Shown here: piece after piece, positions 25,554 to 39,127 of the stretch | Position numbering within the stretch: position 1 is the first letter of the stretch | Layout of the letters: the number at the start of each line of letters is the position of its first letter | From: Erythrobacter sp. | GTDB lineage: Bacteria > Pseudomonadota > Alphaproteobacteria > Sphingomonadales > Sphingomonadaceae | Length of the DNA: 64,000 nucleotides | NCBI GenBank assembly: GCA_019739335.1 | Contig: CP073261.1 | Span: 996,818 to 1,060,817, forward strand | Reading direction: 5' to 3' | Made by a program: the position numbers and the translations under genes | Notes under the pieces: generated by a model | The model's database searches: none | The model's input: the letters and a program-made list of their open reading frames with translations, nothing else | Told to the model about the DNA's origin: nothing

Positions 25554-25602
25554 GGCATTTCTCCTCGGGCGACACGTGCGACCTCGCGCCCATGTCAGCT
25601 CC

Positions 25603-25628
25603 AACGAGTGGTCACGAATTTACGTTCC
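25603..25628 (-). promoter_or_regulatory. EcfG-type promoter
   Basis: Minus strand GGAAC-N17-CGTT upstream of the CHRD gene. Confidence 0.6.
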
Positions 25629-25657
25629 CTGCGGCAGTGACGCGGTGAGCGATGCGC

Positions 25658-27229
25658 CTACTCCCATTCAATCGTTCCCGGGGGCTTGCTGGTGTAGTCG
25701 TAGACCACCCGGTTGATGCCCTTCACCTCGTTGACGATGCGGGTGGCGCACTGGGTCAGGAAAGCGGCATCGAAGGGATAGATGTCCGCCGTCATCCCGT
25801 CCATGCTCGTCACCGCGCGTAGCGCACAAACGTTGTCATAGGTGCGGTGATCGCCCATCACGCCCACGGTCTTGACCGGCAGCAGCACCGCGAAGGCCTG
25901 CCAGATCGCGTCGTAGAGGCCGGCGTTGCGGATTTCCTCGAGATAGATCGCGTCGGCCTTGCGCAGGATGTCGCAGCGCTCCTTGGTGACTTCGCCGGGG
26001 ATGCGGATCGCGAGGCCGGGGCCGGGGAAGGGGTGGCGGCCGACGAACAACTCGTTCAGCCCCAGTTCGCGGCCCAGCACCCGCACTTCGTCCTTGAACA
26101 GTTCCCGCAGGGGTTCGACCAGCTGCATGTTCATGCGTTCGGGCAGGCCGCCGACATTGTGGTGGCTCTTGATCGTCACGCTCGGCCCGCCGGTGAAGCT
26201 GACGCTCTCGATCACATCGGGGTAGAGCGTGCCCTGGGCAAGGAAATCCGCGCCGCCGATCCTGGCCGCTTCTTCCTCGAAGACCTTGATGAATTCACCG
26301 CCAATGAACTTGCGCTTCTTCTCCGGGTCGGTCTCGCCCGCGAGACCCGCCATGAAGCGTTCCTCGGCATCGACCACCACCAGCGGGATGTTGTAATGAT
26401 CGCGGAACAGGCTCTCGACCTGCTCGCGCTCATTCATCCGCAGCAGCCCGTGATCGACGAAGACGCAGGTGAGCTGGTCGCCGACTGCTTCGTGGATCAG
26501 GATCGCGGCGACCGAGCTGTCGACCCCGCCCGAAAGCCCGCAAATCACGCGCCCACTGCCAACCTGCCGCCGGATATCGGCGACCTTGGTCTCGCGATAG
26601 GCGGCCATCGTCCAGTCCCCCTTGAGCCCGCAGACGCGGTGGACGAAGTTGGCCAGCAGTTTCGCCCCATCGGGGGTGTGCACCACTTCGGGATGGAACT
26701 GGGTGCCGTAGAACTGCCGCGCTTCGTCGGCGATCACCGCGAAGGGCGCACCATCGCTGACGGCGACGATTTCAAAACCGGGCGCAAAGCGGGTTACCTT
26801 GTCGCCGTGGCTCATCCACACCTGGTGTCGCTCGCCCACCTGCCACAGCCCATCGAACAGCGCGCATTCTTTCGTGACGGTGAGAAAGGCCCGTCCGAAT
26901 TCGCCGCCGTCACCCACTTCGTGGCCCGGCCGCACTTCGCCGCCCAACTGGTGGCTCATCACCTGCTGGCCGTAACAGATGCCGAGGATCGGCACCCCGG
27001 CTTCGAACAGCATGGCCGGCGCGCGCGGGCTGCCTTCCTCCGGCACGCCGGCGGGTGATCCGGAGAGAATAATGCCCTTGGGTTTCAGCCGGTGAAACGC
27101 TTCCTCCGCCAGCGTGAACGGAGCGATTTCGGAATAGACCCCGGCTTCCCGCACCCGGCGGGCGATGAGTTGAGTCACCTGACTGCCGAAATCGACGATC
27201 AGGATGGAGTCGGTGGGCTGATTCATCAT
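25658..27229 (-). CDS. guaA: GMP synthase (glutamine-hydrolysing)
   Basis: [48 protein letters not shown]. Confidence 0.98.
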   Translation of the reverse strand: MMNQPTDSILIVDFGSQVTQLIARRVREAGVYSEIAPFTLAEEAFHRLKPKGIILSGSPAGVPEEGSPRAPAMLFEAGVPILGICYGQQVMSHQLGGEVRPGHEVGDGGEFGRAFLTVTKECALFDGLWQVGERHQVWMSHGDKVTRFAPGFEIVAVSDGAPFAVIADEARQFYGTQFHPEVVHTPDGAKLLANFVHRVCGLKGDWTMAAYRETKVADIRRQVGSGRVICGLSGGVDSSVAAILIHEAVGDQLTCVFVDHGLLRMNEREQVESLFRDHYNIPLVVVDAEERFMAGLAGETDPEKKRKFIGGEFIKVFEEEAARIGGADFLAQGTLYPDVIESVSFTGGPSVTIKSHHNVGGLPERMNMQLVEPLRELFKDEVRVLGRELGLNELFVGRHPFPGPGLAIRIPGEVTKERCDILRKADAIYLEEIRNAGLYDAIWQAFAVLLPVKTVGVMGDHRTYDNVCALRAVTSMDGMTADIYPFDAAFLTQCATRIVNEVKGINRVVYDYTSKPPGTIEWE

Positions 27230-27312
27230 GGGCAGGCGCTTAGGTCGGCGGCGCCTGCCTGTCTAGAAGATGGCGAGAGCCGAACGCCGCGATCTTCGCA
27301 GCGAAAGCAGTG

Positions 27313-28170
27313 TCAGCGCGGCGACACTTCGTCGTCGATTTCGAACAATGGCAACAATGCCGCGTAAAGCTCATCCGAAGTCACGGCAGCCCGTTGCCCG
27401 CCAGCCTCGGCAAGCAATCGCTCCTGCGCCACGGAAGGCACCACAGTATAAAGGAAGAACGGCGTAGGGTCATTGCGACGCCGCATCTCGCGCACCAGTT
27501 CAAGCCCTGCCAGTGGCGTTTCGCCGCGATTCATGTCGGAAATGACCGCGTTATAATCGTACATTTCCAGCAAGGCGAGCGCCTGCTCGGTGCTGGGGGC
27601 CTGGTAGACGGCGATCCCCCGCCGCTCAAGGTAGCTGGTCTCCTCGGAATTGTTGTCGGGGTTGTCGTCGACCCACAGCACGCGTCCGACCGCGTCGGCG
27701 GCCTCGCCGCGCTGGAGCGCGGAAAGTTCCGATGCCGAGCCGGTACGCGGCGCGCTGACCAGCCACCAGGTTGCGAGCACCCCCACCGCCAGGCTCGCCG
27801 CGATCAGTGCCGCCTTGTTGCGGTCGAGCCTCGGCGTGGCGGGCCGGACCGCCGAAGTGGCGGCCGGCTCCGGCTCGGTTTCCAGCCGGTAGCCGTAGCC
27901 GTGGACCGTCCTGAGCGCGTGGCCATCCTCGCCCAGCGCGATGCGCAGTCGCCCGATCGCCTTGGCGAGCGAGTTCTCGTGCACGACGCGGCCGGGCCAG
28001 CCCGCTTCGAGCAGGCGATCCTTGTCCACGGTGCTGCCGGGATCGCTGAGCAGGATGGCGAGGATGGCGATGCAGGGACGGTCAATCTCGACCCGGCGGC
28101 CGTTCACCGTCAACCGGCTGTGCGCGGCGTCCAACTCGACCTTGCCGAAACGCGTCACGCCGTGGTCCAT
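27313..28170 (-). CDS. Membrane-anchored regulator: N-terminal winged helix, one TM, C-terminal receiver domain
   Basis: LLEAGWPGRVVHENSLAKAIGRLR...GYGYRL; TM AALIAASLAVGVLATWWLV; LWVDD...ISDM; GGAGG before ATG 28170. Confidence 0.8.
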   Translation of the reverse strand: MDHGVTRFGKVELDAAHSRLTVNGRRVEIDRPCIAILAILLSDPGSTVDKDRLLEAGWPGRVVHENSLAKAIGRLRIALGEDGHALRTVHGYGYRLETEPEPAATSAVRPATPRLDRNKAALIAASLAVGVLATWWLVSAPRTGSASELSALQRGEAADAVGRVLWVDDNPDNNSEETSYLERRGIAVYQAPSTEQALALLEMYDYNAVISDMNRGETPLAGLELVREMRRRNDPTPFFLYTVVPSVAQERLLAEAGGQRAAVTSDELYAALLPLFEIDDEVSPR

Positions 28171-28340
28171 CGGCCCTCCGGTCCCGATATGACATTGTTT
28201 TTCAGCGCCGTCGATACGTCCTAGAGAGCGCGTTTTCATAATTTTTCAGAACTCGGGAAAGACATGGTGCACGTTCGGCTGGAAGTAGCCTGAAGGTCGC
28301 GGGCGCAGCGATCCGGCCTATGATCGACGGGGGGAAGGCG

Positions 28341-30164
28341 ATGAAGCGGAAATTGCAGGCCATGGCACTGGCTGGCGCGAGCATGATCACTCTGGCTCTG
28401 GCTGCCCCGGTGGCGGCGCAGGAGACAGAAATGCTGCGCGATTTCGCGGTGCGCGCCGCAGACTCGAACAGCCGTCTGTACGATCTGTTCGGATCCGCCC
28501 AACCATTGGAGCCGTGCGACCTTGAAGGATTCCGGAGCGAACTTGAAACGCTCCAAGGTCTGGCAAACGAAGGCCGGGCGATTGCGCGCGCAGCCGCGGC
28601 CGCCGCCGAAGCAGGTGCCCCGAGTCAGGTGGACGCTGGCCAGGCGTCAGCCGTATCGGCATCGGTGGACGACATTCTGACCCGCTGGCGCGCGTCGTTA
28701 CCCGAATGCGAAAGGCGATCCCGCTTAGTCATGGACGATGAGGGACGGTTCGTCGATCCGTCAGCGCTGGCCCCTTCACCACAGGCGGAGGCCGCGCCCG
28801 ACGCGGATGATAGCGCCGATATCTCCGACGATCCGGACGCGGGGACGCGCTCGAGCGGTATGACGCCAGGGGATGCGGACGCGACGCCGACTCCTGACGC
28901 CGCCGGAGCGGGCGCGCCAGCGCTCACCCCCGCGCAGCAGGCGCGGCTGGACCTGATCGGGCCGATGGTCGCACAGATGGAGATTGCCGCGCGCAACGGC
29001 GATTGCCGGCGGGTCGCGGAGTTGCGCGATTCCTTCCTGCAATTGTCATTCATGACGATACCTGACGCCATGCGCGATTCGATGATCGCCGAAATGCGGG
29101 CGATCTACGAGGAATTTTGCGCACCCCGGCCGGGCCCGCAGAGCAACGGGCCGACCATCGGCTTGCTCGGCGGCTTCGGCCAGGCACGCGTCCCGCAGGC
29201 GAGCGGCGGCTTCCAGGAGCAGGGCGGCGAGGAAGTCGCAGCCGGAACCAGCCCGCGCGGAATCGACTACTTCCGCCTGGCAGGGTTCATCGAGTTCAAT
29301 GCCGGAAGCCTGCCGCTGCGCTTCGGCGCCAGTTACGGCGAAGGGTCGGGTTCAAGCGTGTTCGATGTCCCGTCCGGAACCCGCTCGGGCGTGGTCAACG
29401 GCGCCGAATCGCCCAACGGCAGCACCGGGATCAGCGCCTCTGAGGGCGTCGGCGGCACCGCGCGCGTCGAGCGCCAGGACATCACTGTGGCCGGCTCTGT
29501 GCAGATCGCGGGTCGCAGAGGCATCGTGCCGGTCTTCGAGCTTGGCATCTATAGTGGCGGCGCATGGAACGAATCGTGGTTCGACGGGGGCGAGAGCTTT
29601 CCGACCCAGCCCCTGTTCGGAGCCTCGTTCTGGACCAGCTACACTTTCAGTGAGAGCGATTACGGCGTGCGCGCGGGGGCTTCGGGCACTACCTCGGGCG
29701 GCTTCAGCTTCGCTTTCGAGCAGGACCGCGCTTTCGAGATCCGCGAACATCTGTTCGGGGCCGGGTTGGCCGGTGGCATCGCCATCCCGCTGGCGCCGCG
29801 CGTGATCGCGCATGGCGGGGGCAGCGCCGGGGTGTTCTACCGTGATTCCCGCCTCGCGCTAACCGAGGTCAACACGCTCAATTTCGGTTCGGACGCGCCC
29901 GGCTTCACCATTGAGCTAGAGGACAAGGACAAGGGCGCGCTGTTTCGCGGCGACCTTGGCGCTGGGGTCAGCGTGGCGCTGAGCGACGATGTCGCGCTCA
30001 CCATCGGCGGCTCGGCCAGCTGGTTCTCCAACCTCGCCGCGCCCTTTGCGCCCGAGGATGGCGACGCGGTGCTCGCCGGTGTGATCGCTGGCCTCGGGCG
30101 TGACGATGCCTGGATCTATCAGGGCACGATCGGCATTACCTTCAGGATTCCGAACCCGCGCTAG
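28341..30164 (+). CDS. Secreted protein with probable C-terminal outer-membrane beta-barrel
   Basis: Signal peptide to VAA; helical Cys-containing N-half; Gly/aromatic alternating strands; ends YQGTIGITFRIP. Confidence 0.75.
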   Translation: MKRKLQAMALAGASMITLALAAPVAAQETEMLRDFAVRAADSNSRLYDLFGSAQPLEPCDLEGFRSELETLQGLANEGRAIARAAAAAAEAGAPSQVDAGQASAVSASVDDILTRWRASLPECERRSRLVMDDEGRFVDPSALAPSPQAEAAPDADDSADISDDPDAGTRSSGMTPGDADATPTPDAAGAGAPALTPAQQARLDLIGPMVAQMEIAARNGDCRRVAELRDSFLQLSFMTIPDAMRDSMIAEMRAIYEEFCAPRPGPQSNGPTIGLLGGFGQARVPQASGGFQEQGGEEVAAGTSPRGIDYFRLAGFIEFNAGSLPLRFGASYGEGSGSSVFDVPSGTRSGVVNGAESPNGSTGISASEGVGGTARVERQDITVAGSVQIAGRRGIVPVFELGIYSGGAWNESWFDGGESFPTQPLFGASFWTSYTFSESDYGVRAGASGTTSGGFSFAFEQDRAFEIREHLFGAGLAGGIAIPLAPRVIAHGGGSAGVFYRDSRLALTEVNTLNFGSDAPGFTIELEDKDKGALFRGDLGAGVSVALSDDVALTIGGSASWFSNLAAPFAPEDGDAVLAGVIAGLGRDDAWIYQGTIGITFRIPNPR

Positions 30165-30187
30165 CAGCCACCCGCCTGTTGCTGACG

Positions 30188-30206
30188 CCCCGGCAGCGCG
30201 GGGTTT
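30188..30206 (+). terminator. Possible intrinsic terminator
   Basis: CCCCG-GCAGCG-CGGGG-TTT, about 25 nt after the stop. Confidence 0.4.
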
Positions 30207-30424
30207 GCCAATGGTGAGGGCCATGCAATAGATTGTTGCATCGGACGCAACACTTGGCGACTATTTCGCATTTGCCTAACAATATTACACCGCCTATCTG
30301 CGCCCCGTCAGGCGACGCCGGGTAAGCGGCGCGCCGGGAATTTCATTCCCATCCCGAACCCCGGCCCGGAAGCACCCTCCCCCCAAACCCGCTTCCGGGC
30401 CACCCTTTCCCCTCCTTGCAATAG

Positions 30425-33438
<3,014 letters not shown>

Positions 33439-33460
33439 CTACGAAGGGGGAAAGAGACGG

Positions 33461-34537
33461 ATGACGCAGGGAGAAGGACGCGCAAGGCTGGAAAGTGGCG
33501 GCTATCTGCTGTTCCTCGCGCTGGTCACCCTCGCCTTCATCGTCGTCATCTGGCCGTTTGCTTCGCCGCTGCTGTGGGCGACGCTGGCGGCGATCATGTT
33601 CCAGCCGCTCTACCAGTGGTTCCTGCGCAACCTGGGCGGCGGAGGCAATCGCGCGGCCATTGCCACGCTGCTGGTGATTACCGTTGCGGTGATCATCCCC
33701 GCGCTGTTCATCGGCGGAGTGGTGGTGGAGCAGGCGACGGCAGTCGTGCTCGCTTTCCAACGAGGCGATATCGACCTTGCCGGATGGTTTGAGACTATCC
33801 AGTCCGCACTGCCCGCAGCGGTGCGCGATAATCTCGATATGGAAGGTCTGGGCACCGCAGAACTGGTGCAACAACGCGCACAGGATCTCGCGCTCGAAAG
33901 CTCGGGCCTGATCGCGCAACAGGCACTGGCAATCACCGGCAGTGCAGTGGGTTTTGTGCTTTCGTTCGGCGTCGGGCTCTATGTCACCTATTTCCTCCTC
34001 CGCGACGGCAGGCAGATGGGCCAGCGGTTGCTCGCGCACCTACCTCTCGCAGGCGACGTGGCGGAGCGGCTGGCCGAGCGGTTCCTGTCGATCGTCCGTG
34101 CGACGATCAAGGGATCGGTGGTGGTTGGGTTGGTGCAGGGCGCGCTGGGGGCAATCACCTACTGGATCGCGGGAATGCCTTCGGTAGTGCTGCTCGGCTT
34201 GCTGACCGCGCTGTTCTCGCTGCTGCCCGCGGTGGGCCCGGCGATCGTCTGGGCGCCGGTGGCGATCTACCTCCTGGCGACGGGGGAGATCTGGCAGGGC
34301 GTACTGGTGCTTGTCTCCGGTGTAGCGGTGATCGGTATGGTGGACAATGTGCTGCGGCCCATATTGGTCGGACGCGATACCGGCATTCCCGACTGGATGA
34401 TCCTGATTTCCACATTGGGCGGCATCGCGGCGATGGGACTCGCGGGGATCGTGGTCGGGCCGATGATCGCGGGGCTGTTCCTCGCCGGATGGTCGATCCT
34501 CTACGCCTCGCGCAATCCTGACGCGGGGTCAGCCTGA
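33461..34537 (+). CDS. AI-2E family transporter
   Basis: YFLLRDG, VGPAIVW, DNVLRPILVG, GIVVGP. Confidence 0.9.
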   Translation: MTQGEGRARLESGGYLLFLALVTLAFIVVIWPFASPLLWATLAAIMFQPLYQWFLRNLGGGGNRAAIATLLVITVAVIIPALFIGGVVVEQATAVVLAFQRGDIDLAGWFETIQSALPAAVRDNLDMEGLGTAELVQQRAQDLALESSGLIAQQALAITGSAVGFVLSFGVGLYVTYFLLRDGRQMGQRLLAHLPLAGDVAERLAERFLSIVRATIKGSVVVGLVQGALGAITYWIAGMPSVVLLGLLTALFSLLPAVGPAIVWAPVAIYLLATGEIWQGVLVLVSGVAVIGMVDNVLRPILVGRDTGIPDWMILISTLGGIAAMGLAGIVVGPMIAGLFLAGWSILYASRNPDAGSA

Positions 34538-35256
34538 TGTCGCTGGTGCGCCCCGGTTCGCGGGAGGAGCAGGTCGGGCGGCTGATCCTTGCCGCCGTGC
34601 TGGTCACCATGCTGCCTGCCGTACCGCTGGGCAATTACCTGATGTTCCCGTTCGTGATCCTCTCCACCTGGTATCACGAAATGGGCCACGGACTCGCGGC
34701 GCTGGCGACGGGGAACCGCTTCGAACTGCTGGTGATCAATGCCGATGGCTCCGGCTACGCGCAATCGAGCACGGCAATGGATGCCTCCGGTTTCACTCGC
34801 GCTTTCATCGCGATGGGCGGGCCGCTGGGGCCGAGTGTGCTGGGCTCGCTGTTGATCCTAGCCAGTTCGGCGCATCGCTATTGGAAGCCGGCGCTGCTGG
34901 CGCTGGCCTTGGCCCTCGCTTTGTCGACGCTGATCTGGGTGCGCAGCCTGGTCGGGTGGGCGGTGCTGCCGTTGCTGGCCTTGGGGATTGCCTGGCTCGC
35001 GCTGCGCGGTCCCGCATCGTGGCAAGTATTCGCGCTGCAATTCTTCGGCGTGCTCGGCGCGCTGAGCATGTTCGCCGACTGGAGCTACCTGTTTTCCGAA
35101 AGCGGCGTGGTCGGCGGGCAGGCGATGCTCTCGGACACTGGAGCAATGGAGGCAGAACTGTGGCTGCCCCACTGGCTCTGGGCGGCGCTGATCATCGGGC
35201 TCTCGGGTCTGATGGTTGGGGCCAGTCTCAAATACGCGCTCAAGCGCGAGGGCTGA
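34537..35256 (+). CDS. M50B-family membrane metallopeptidase
   Basis: HEMGH, MGGPLGP, SDTG; multiple TMs. Confidence 0.85.
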   Translation: MSLVRPGSREEQVGRLILAAVLVTMLPAVPLGNYLMFPFVILSTWYHEMGHGLAALATGNRFELLVINADGSGYAQSSTAMDASGFTRAFIAMGGPLGPSVLGSLLILASSAHRYWKPALLALALALALSTLIWVRSLVGWAVLPLLALGIAWLALRGPASWQVFALQFFGVLGALSMFADWSYLFSESGVVGGQAMLSDTGAMEAELWLPHWLWAALIIGLSGLMVGASLKYALKREG

Positions 35257-35265
35257 CCCCTTTCA

Positions 35266-35919
35266 TCAATCGCGCACAGCCGCAGAGGGTGCTCGCAGAT
35301 CAGATTGCCCGTCCCCGTCCAGATCGGTTCTGCGGGTCGTCGCCGGCGGATTTGGGTCGTGCGTTTCGGCGACGGTGGGCGCAGCCTCATTGCCGGTCGA
35401 GAGGTGATCGAACACCGCTTCGTAATGCTTCATCGCCTGCCGCATGTCTTCGGTGGTGGCGGCGCCCTGGCCGTGGCGCTGGACGATGGCATTGCCTTCA
35501 CGGTAATGCCGCGCAACATCGCCGTGGTTCACCGTCAGGTCTTCGAAGCGGCGGTCGAAATCGGCCATCGGGTAGCCGACGGTCTTCATCATCGTCGCCA
35601 GCATCCGGTCCGCGTGCAGCACTGCTTCGGTCGGACTATCGACGAACACCGCCTTCACTTCTCGCCACTCGGTGGCAAAGCGCTGGTTCTCGTCGGCGGT
35701 AAGCTGGCGAATTTCCAGCGCCTCGACCCGCTTCTCGCGTTCGAGCAGCGCGCGTTCCGCAGCAGTGCGATCGCCACTTTCCTTCACCGTCCGGTCGTAT
35801 TCGTCGCCGAAGCGGTCGCGAAGATGGTCGGTATGCCGCCGCCGCACCATCAGCCACACGCCGATGATAATAACCAGCACCACGAGGGCGAGTATGGCAA
35901 TAAGTGTATTCTGGTCCAT
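35266..35919 (-). CDS. N-terminally anchored hypothetical protein
   Basis: TM then RRRHTDHLRDRFGDEYDR, FVDSP, GYP, TEDMRQAMKHY; GGAGA RBS. Confidence 0.8.
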   Translation of the reverse strand: MDQNTLIAILALVVLVIIIGVWLMVRRRHTDHLRDRFGDEYDRTVKESGDRTAAERALLEREKRVEALEIRQLTADENQRFATEWREVKAVFVDSPTEAVLHADRMLATMMKTVGYPMADFDRRFEDLTVNHGDVARHYREGNAIVQRHGQGAATTEDMRQAMKHYEAVFDHLSTGNEAAPTVAETHDPNPPATTRRTDLDGDGQSDLRAPSAAVRD

Positions 35920-35959
35920 CGGAATTCTCCAGTAGAGACCCCTCCGCCTTGCGCTTCCT

Positions 35960-35984
35960 AACGCGCGATAACGTTGGCCGTTCC
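35960..35984 (-). promoter_or_regulatory. EcfG-type promoter
   Basis: Minus strand exact GGAAC-N16-CGTT. Confidence 0.7.
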
Positions 35985-35996
35985 GCTCAACGGCTG

Positions 35997-36794
35997 TCAG
36001 GACTTGCGCGGAACCCAGGGGACAAACGCGGGAGTTCGTCGCACATAGTCGGCAAACGCCGCGCCATATCTCTCTCGCATTCCTTCCTCGGTCATCCCTG
36101 CTCCGGACCAGCGGACAAGCGTGAAGGTCAGGAACAGCGGCCCTGGCAAAGTCCAGATCACGGCTTCCGGAGCGATAGTCACCGCCACCAGCCAGATTCC
36201 CCACCAGACGCAGGCGTCACCGAAGTAATTGGGATGGCGGGTATAACGCCACAGGCCGCAATCCATCACCTTGCCGCGATTGAACGGATCGGCCTTGAAC
36301 CGGTCGAGCTGCCAGTCGCCCACCCATTCGAACAGCAGACCGAGGAAGTAGATCGCAATCCCGATCCAGGCGAGCGAGCCGGGGGTTTGCACGGCGTCGC
36401 TGGCGAGGATGCCCACCTGCGACGGGCTGCTCACCAGCAGGATCAGCGCGGCCTGCAGCAACCAGACCTTCCACAACGCGGTCATGGCAAAGCGGCCCGC
36501 TTCGCGCGCGGGAGCGAGCATGGCGGCGTAACGCTTGTCCTCCCCGTGGCGGAGGAAACGCCGCAGCAGGTGCAGTCCCAGGCGCAGACCCCACACGATC
36601 GTCATTGCCGCGATAAGATGAGCCGAGGGCCCCTGCGGCTCCGCCTGCCACCAACTCAGCACTGCCAGCCCGGCCATCGCCAGCCCCCAGACGGCATCGG
36701 CGTAACTGACCTTGTGCATCACCAGCGAGAGCAGCCACAACGCCAGCGCCGCGGCAAACATAGCAGCGGCGTTGAGCGCCAGCGCTTCAGCCAT
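35997..36794 (-). CDS. DUF1295 family membrane protein (steroid 5-alpha-reductase-like)
   Basis: EDKRY, GDWQLDRFK, GLWRYTRHPNYFGD, YVRRTPAFVPW. Confidence 0.9.
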   Translation of the reverse strand: MAEALALNAAAMFAAALALWLLSLVMHKVSYADAVWGLAMAGLAVLSWWQAEPQGPSAHLIAAMTIVWGLRLGLHLLRRFLRHGEDKRYAAMLAPAREAGRFAMTALWKVWLLQAALILLVSSPSQVGILASDAVQTPGSLAWIGIAIYFLGLLFEWVGDWQLDRFKADPFNRGKVMDCGLWRYTRHPNYFGDACVWWGIWLVAVTIAPEAVIWTLPGPLFLTFTLVRWSGAGMTEEGMRERYGAAFADYVRRTPAFVPWVPRKS

Positions 36795-37473
36795 CGTCCA
36801 GCCTTACAGGCGGAATTACCAGCAACGGGCGGGGCGAGAGCGGCTTGGGCGTCGCCACTTCGCCGCTAGCCTGCTCGGCCAGCACCGCGAACCGCGCACA
36901 TTCGGGGTAGTTCTCGCGATAGAACGCGGCCAGCTTGGCCAGATCGGCATGGAAATCGCCGCTCGGCCAGATCGGTTCGCCAAGCCCGCCGCGCTTGGTC
37001 TGCTGGTTTACCCAGGCCGGAACAATCGGCACCCCTGCACCCAGGGCGATATGATAGAACCCGCTGCGCCAGCGCCCGTCGCTGTTGCGGCTGCCCTCCG
37101 GCGCGATCACCAGCGCAATCCGGTCCGCCGTCTTCACCGCCTCGATGACCGTGCCGACATAGCCGCGCGGGGAGGATCGATCGATCGGCATTCCGCCCAT
37201 GTCGAGCATGAACCGCGTCATCGGCCATTTGAACAGCGTGTGCTTGCCGATGAAGCTGGGGCTGATCCCCAGTTCCTTTACCGCCCCGGCGAAGAAGACA
37301 AAATCCCAATTGGTAGTGTGCGGAGCGCCGATGAGGATGAACTTCGGAATGTGTGGCGCGCAACCTTCGAGCCGATAGCCTTTCCACCGGTAGAGGCCGC
37401 GTAGCAAGCGCCAGACTATGCGGGAGAGGAGGCTAGGGGTGCGGGTCACGCGCGTTCTTCTCCCAACCTCCAC
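36787..37473 (-). CDS. Lysophospholipid acyltransferase (PlsC family)
   Basis: PHTTNWD (HX4D), FIGK, APEGSR; start uncertain. Confidence 0.9.
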   Translation of the reverse strand: MEVGRRTRVTRTPSLLSRIVWRLLRGLYRWKGYRLEGCAPHIPKFILIGAPHTTNWDFVFFAGAVKELGISPSFIGKHTLFKWPMTRFMLDMGGMPIDRSSPRGYVGTVIEAVKTADRIALVIAPEGSRNSDGRWRSGFYHIALGAGVPIVPAWVNQQTKRGGLGEPIWPSGDFHADLAKLAAFYRENYPECARFAVLAEQASGEVATPKPLSPRPLLVIPPVRLDDG

Positions 37474-37525
37474 GGGCTAGGTTTGGGGAGGATTTAAGTG
37501 CCATAATCGTTGCCCCCTCGACGCC

Positions 37526-39127
37526 TCACATCCGAAACACCCCAAAGCGCGGCGCATCCGCAATCGGCGCTTCCAGACAAGCAGCGAACGCCAGCCCCAG
37601 CACGTCCCGCGTTTGTACCGGGTCGATCACTCCGTCGTCCCACAACCTCGCAGTCGCATAATACGGGTTGCCCTCGTCCTCGTACTTCTGCCGGATCGGG
37701 GCCTTGAACGCCTCGGCCTGTTCGGGCGTCCAGGAATCCGCATCGCGGTGCACTGTCGCCAGCACCGAAGCCGCCTGTTCGCCGCCCATCACCGAGATCC
37801 GCGCGTTGGGCCAGGTGAACAGGAAGCGCGGGGAGTAGGCCCGCCCGCACATACCGTAATTGCCCGCGCCGAAGCTGCCGCCGATCACCACCGTCACCTT
37901 GGGCACCTGCGCCGTCGCCACTGCCGTCACCAGCTTGGCGCCGTGCTTGGCGATGCCTTCGGCTTCGTACTTGCCGCCGACCATGAAGCCGGAGATATTC
38001 TGCAGGAACAGCAGCGGGATGCCGCGCTGGCAGGCGAGTTCGATGAAATGCGCTCCCTTCTGCGCGCTTTCGGAAAACAGCACCCCGTTGTTGGCGAGGA
38101 TCGCGACCGGCATTCCCCAGATATGCGCGAAGCCGGTGACCAGCGTGGCACCGTATTCGCGCTTGAATTCATGGATCTCGCTGCCGTCCACCAGCCGGGC
38201 GATCACTTCGTGCACATCGTAGGGCGCGCGCACGTCGTCGGGTATCAGCGCGTAGAGATCGTCGGCGTCGAATCGCGGGGCGCGCGGCTCCCTCATGTCC
38301 ACTTGAGCTTTTGTGGAAGAGCCCAGATGCGAGACGATATCGCGCACAATGGTAAGCGCATGCTCGTCGTTCTCGGCGAGGTGATCGACCACGCCGCTCT
38401 TTCTCGCGTGGAGCGCTCCGCCGCCCAGATCCTCGGCGCTGATTTCCTCGCCCGTCGCGGCTTTCACCAAAGGCGGACCGGCGAGGAAGATCGTCCCCTG
38501 TTCGCGTACGATCACGCTCTCGTCGCTCATCGCCGGGACATAAGCCCCGCCCGCAGTGCAGCTGCCCATCACGCAGGCGATCTGCGGGATGCCCATGCTG
38601 CTCATTTGCGCCTGATTGTAGAAAATCCGCCCGAAATGGTCGCGGTCCGGGAAAACCTCCGCCTGATAGGGCAGGTTGGCCCCGCCGCTGTCGACCAGGT
38701 AGATGCACGGCAGGCGGTTTTCCTGCGCCACTTCCTGCGCGCGCAGGTGCTTCTTCACCGTCATCGGGTAATAGGCACCGCCCTTCACCGTCGGATCGTT
38801 GGCGGCGATCATCACCTGCCGCCCGGACACCCGGCCGATCCCGGCAATGATCGAGGCACCGCTGACATCTCCCTCGTACATGCCGTTGGCCGCCAGCTGA
38901 CCGATCTCCAGAAACGGCGAACCGGGATCGAGCAGCCGCTCGACCCGCTCGCGCGGCAGCAGCTTGCCGCGCGAAACATGCCGCTCGCGGTGCTTCTCCG
39001 GCCCGCCCAGCGCGGCCTCGGCCACGCGAGTGCGCAGGTCTTCTGCGAGCGCCTTGTTATACGCGAACCTCGCCTTGGCTTCGGGGCTTTCGCGGTCGAG
39101 CTTGGAAGACAGTACAGGAGCGGTCAT
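37526..39127 (-). CDS. mccB: 3-methylcrotonyl-CoA carboxylase beta (carboxyltransferase) subunit
   Basis: [41 protein letters not shown]; ivd nearby. Confidence 0.92.
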   Translation of the reverse strand: MTAPVLSSKLDRESPEAKARFAYNKALAEDLRTRVAEAALGGPEKHRERHVSRGKLLPRERVERLLDPGSPFLEIGQLAANGMYEGDVSGASIIAGIGRVSGRQVMIAANDPTVKGGAYYPMTVKKHLRAQEVAQENRLPCIYLVDSGGANLPYQAEVFPDRDHFGRIFYNQAQMSSMGIPQIACVMGSCTAGGAYVPAMSDESVIVREQGTIFLAGPPLVKAATGEEISAEDLGGGALHARKSGVVDHLAENDEHALTIVRDIVSHLGSSTKAQVDMREPRAPRFDADDLYALIPDDVRAPYDVHEVIARLVDGSEIHEFKREYGATLVTGFAHIWGMPVAILANNGVLFSESAQKGAHFIELACQRGIPLLFLQNISGFMVGGKYEAEGIAKHGAKLVTAVATAQVPKVTVVIGGSFGAGNYGMCGRAYSPRFLFTWPNARISVMGGEQAASVLATVHRDADSWTPEQAEAFKAPIRQKYEDEGNPYYATARLWDDGVIDPVQTRDVLGLAFAACLEAPIADAPRFGVFRM

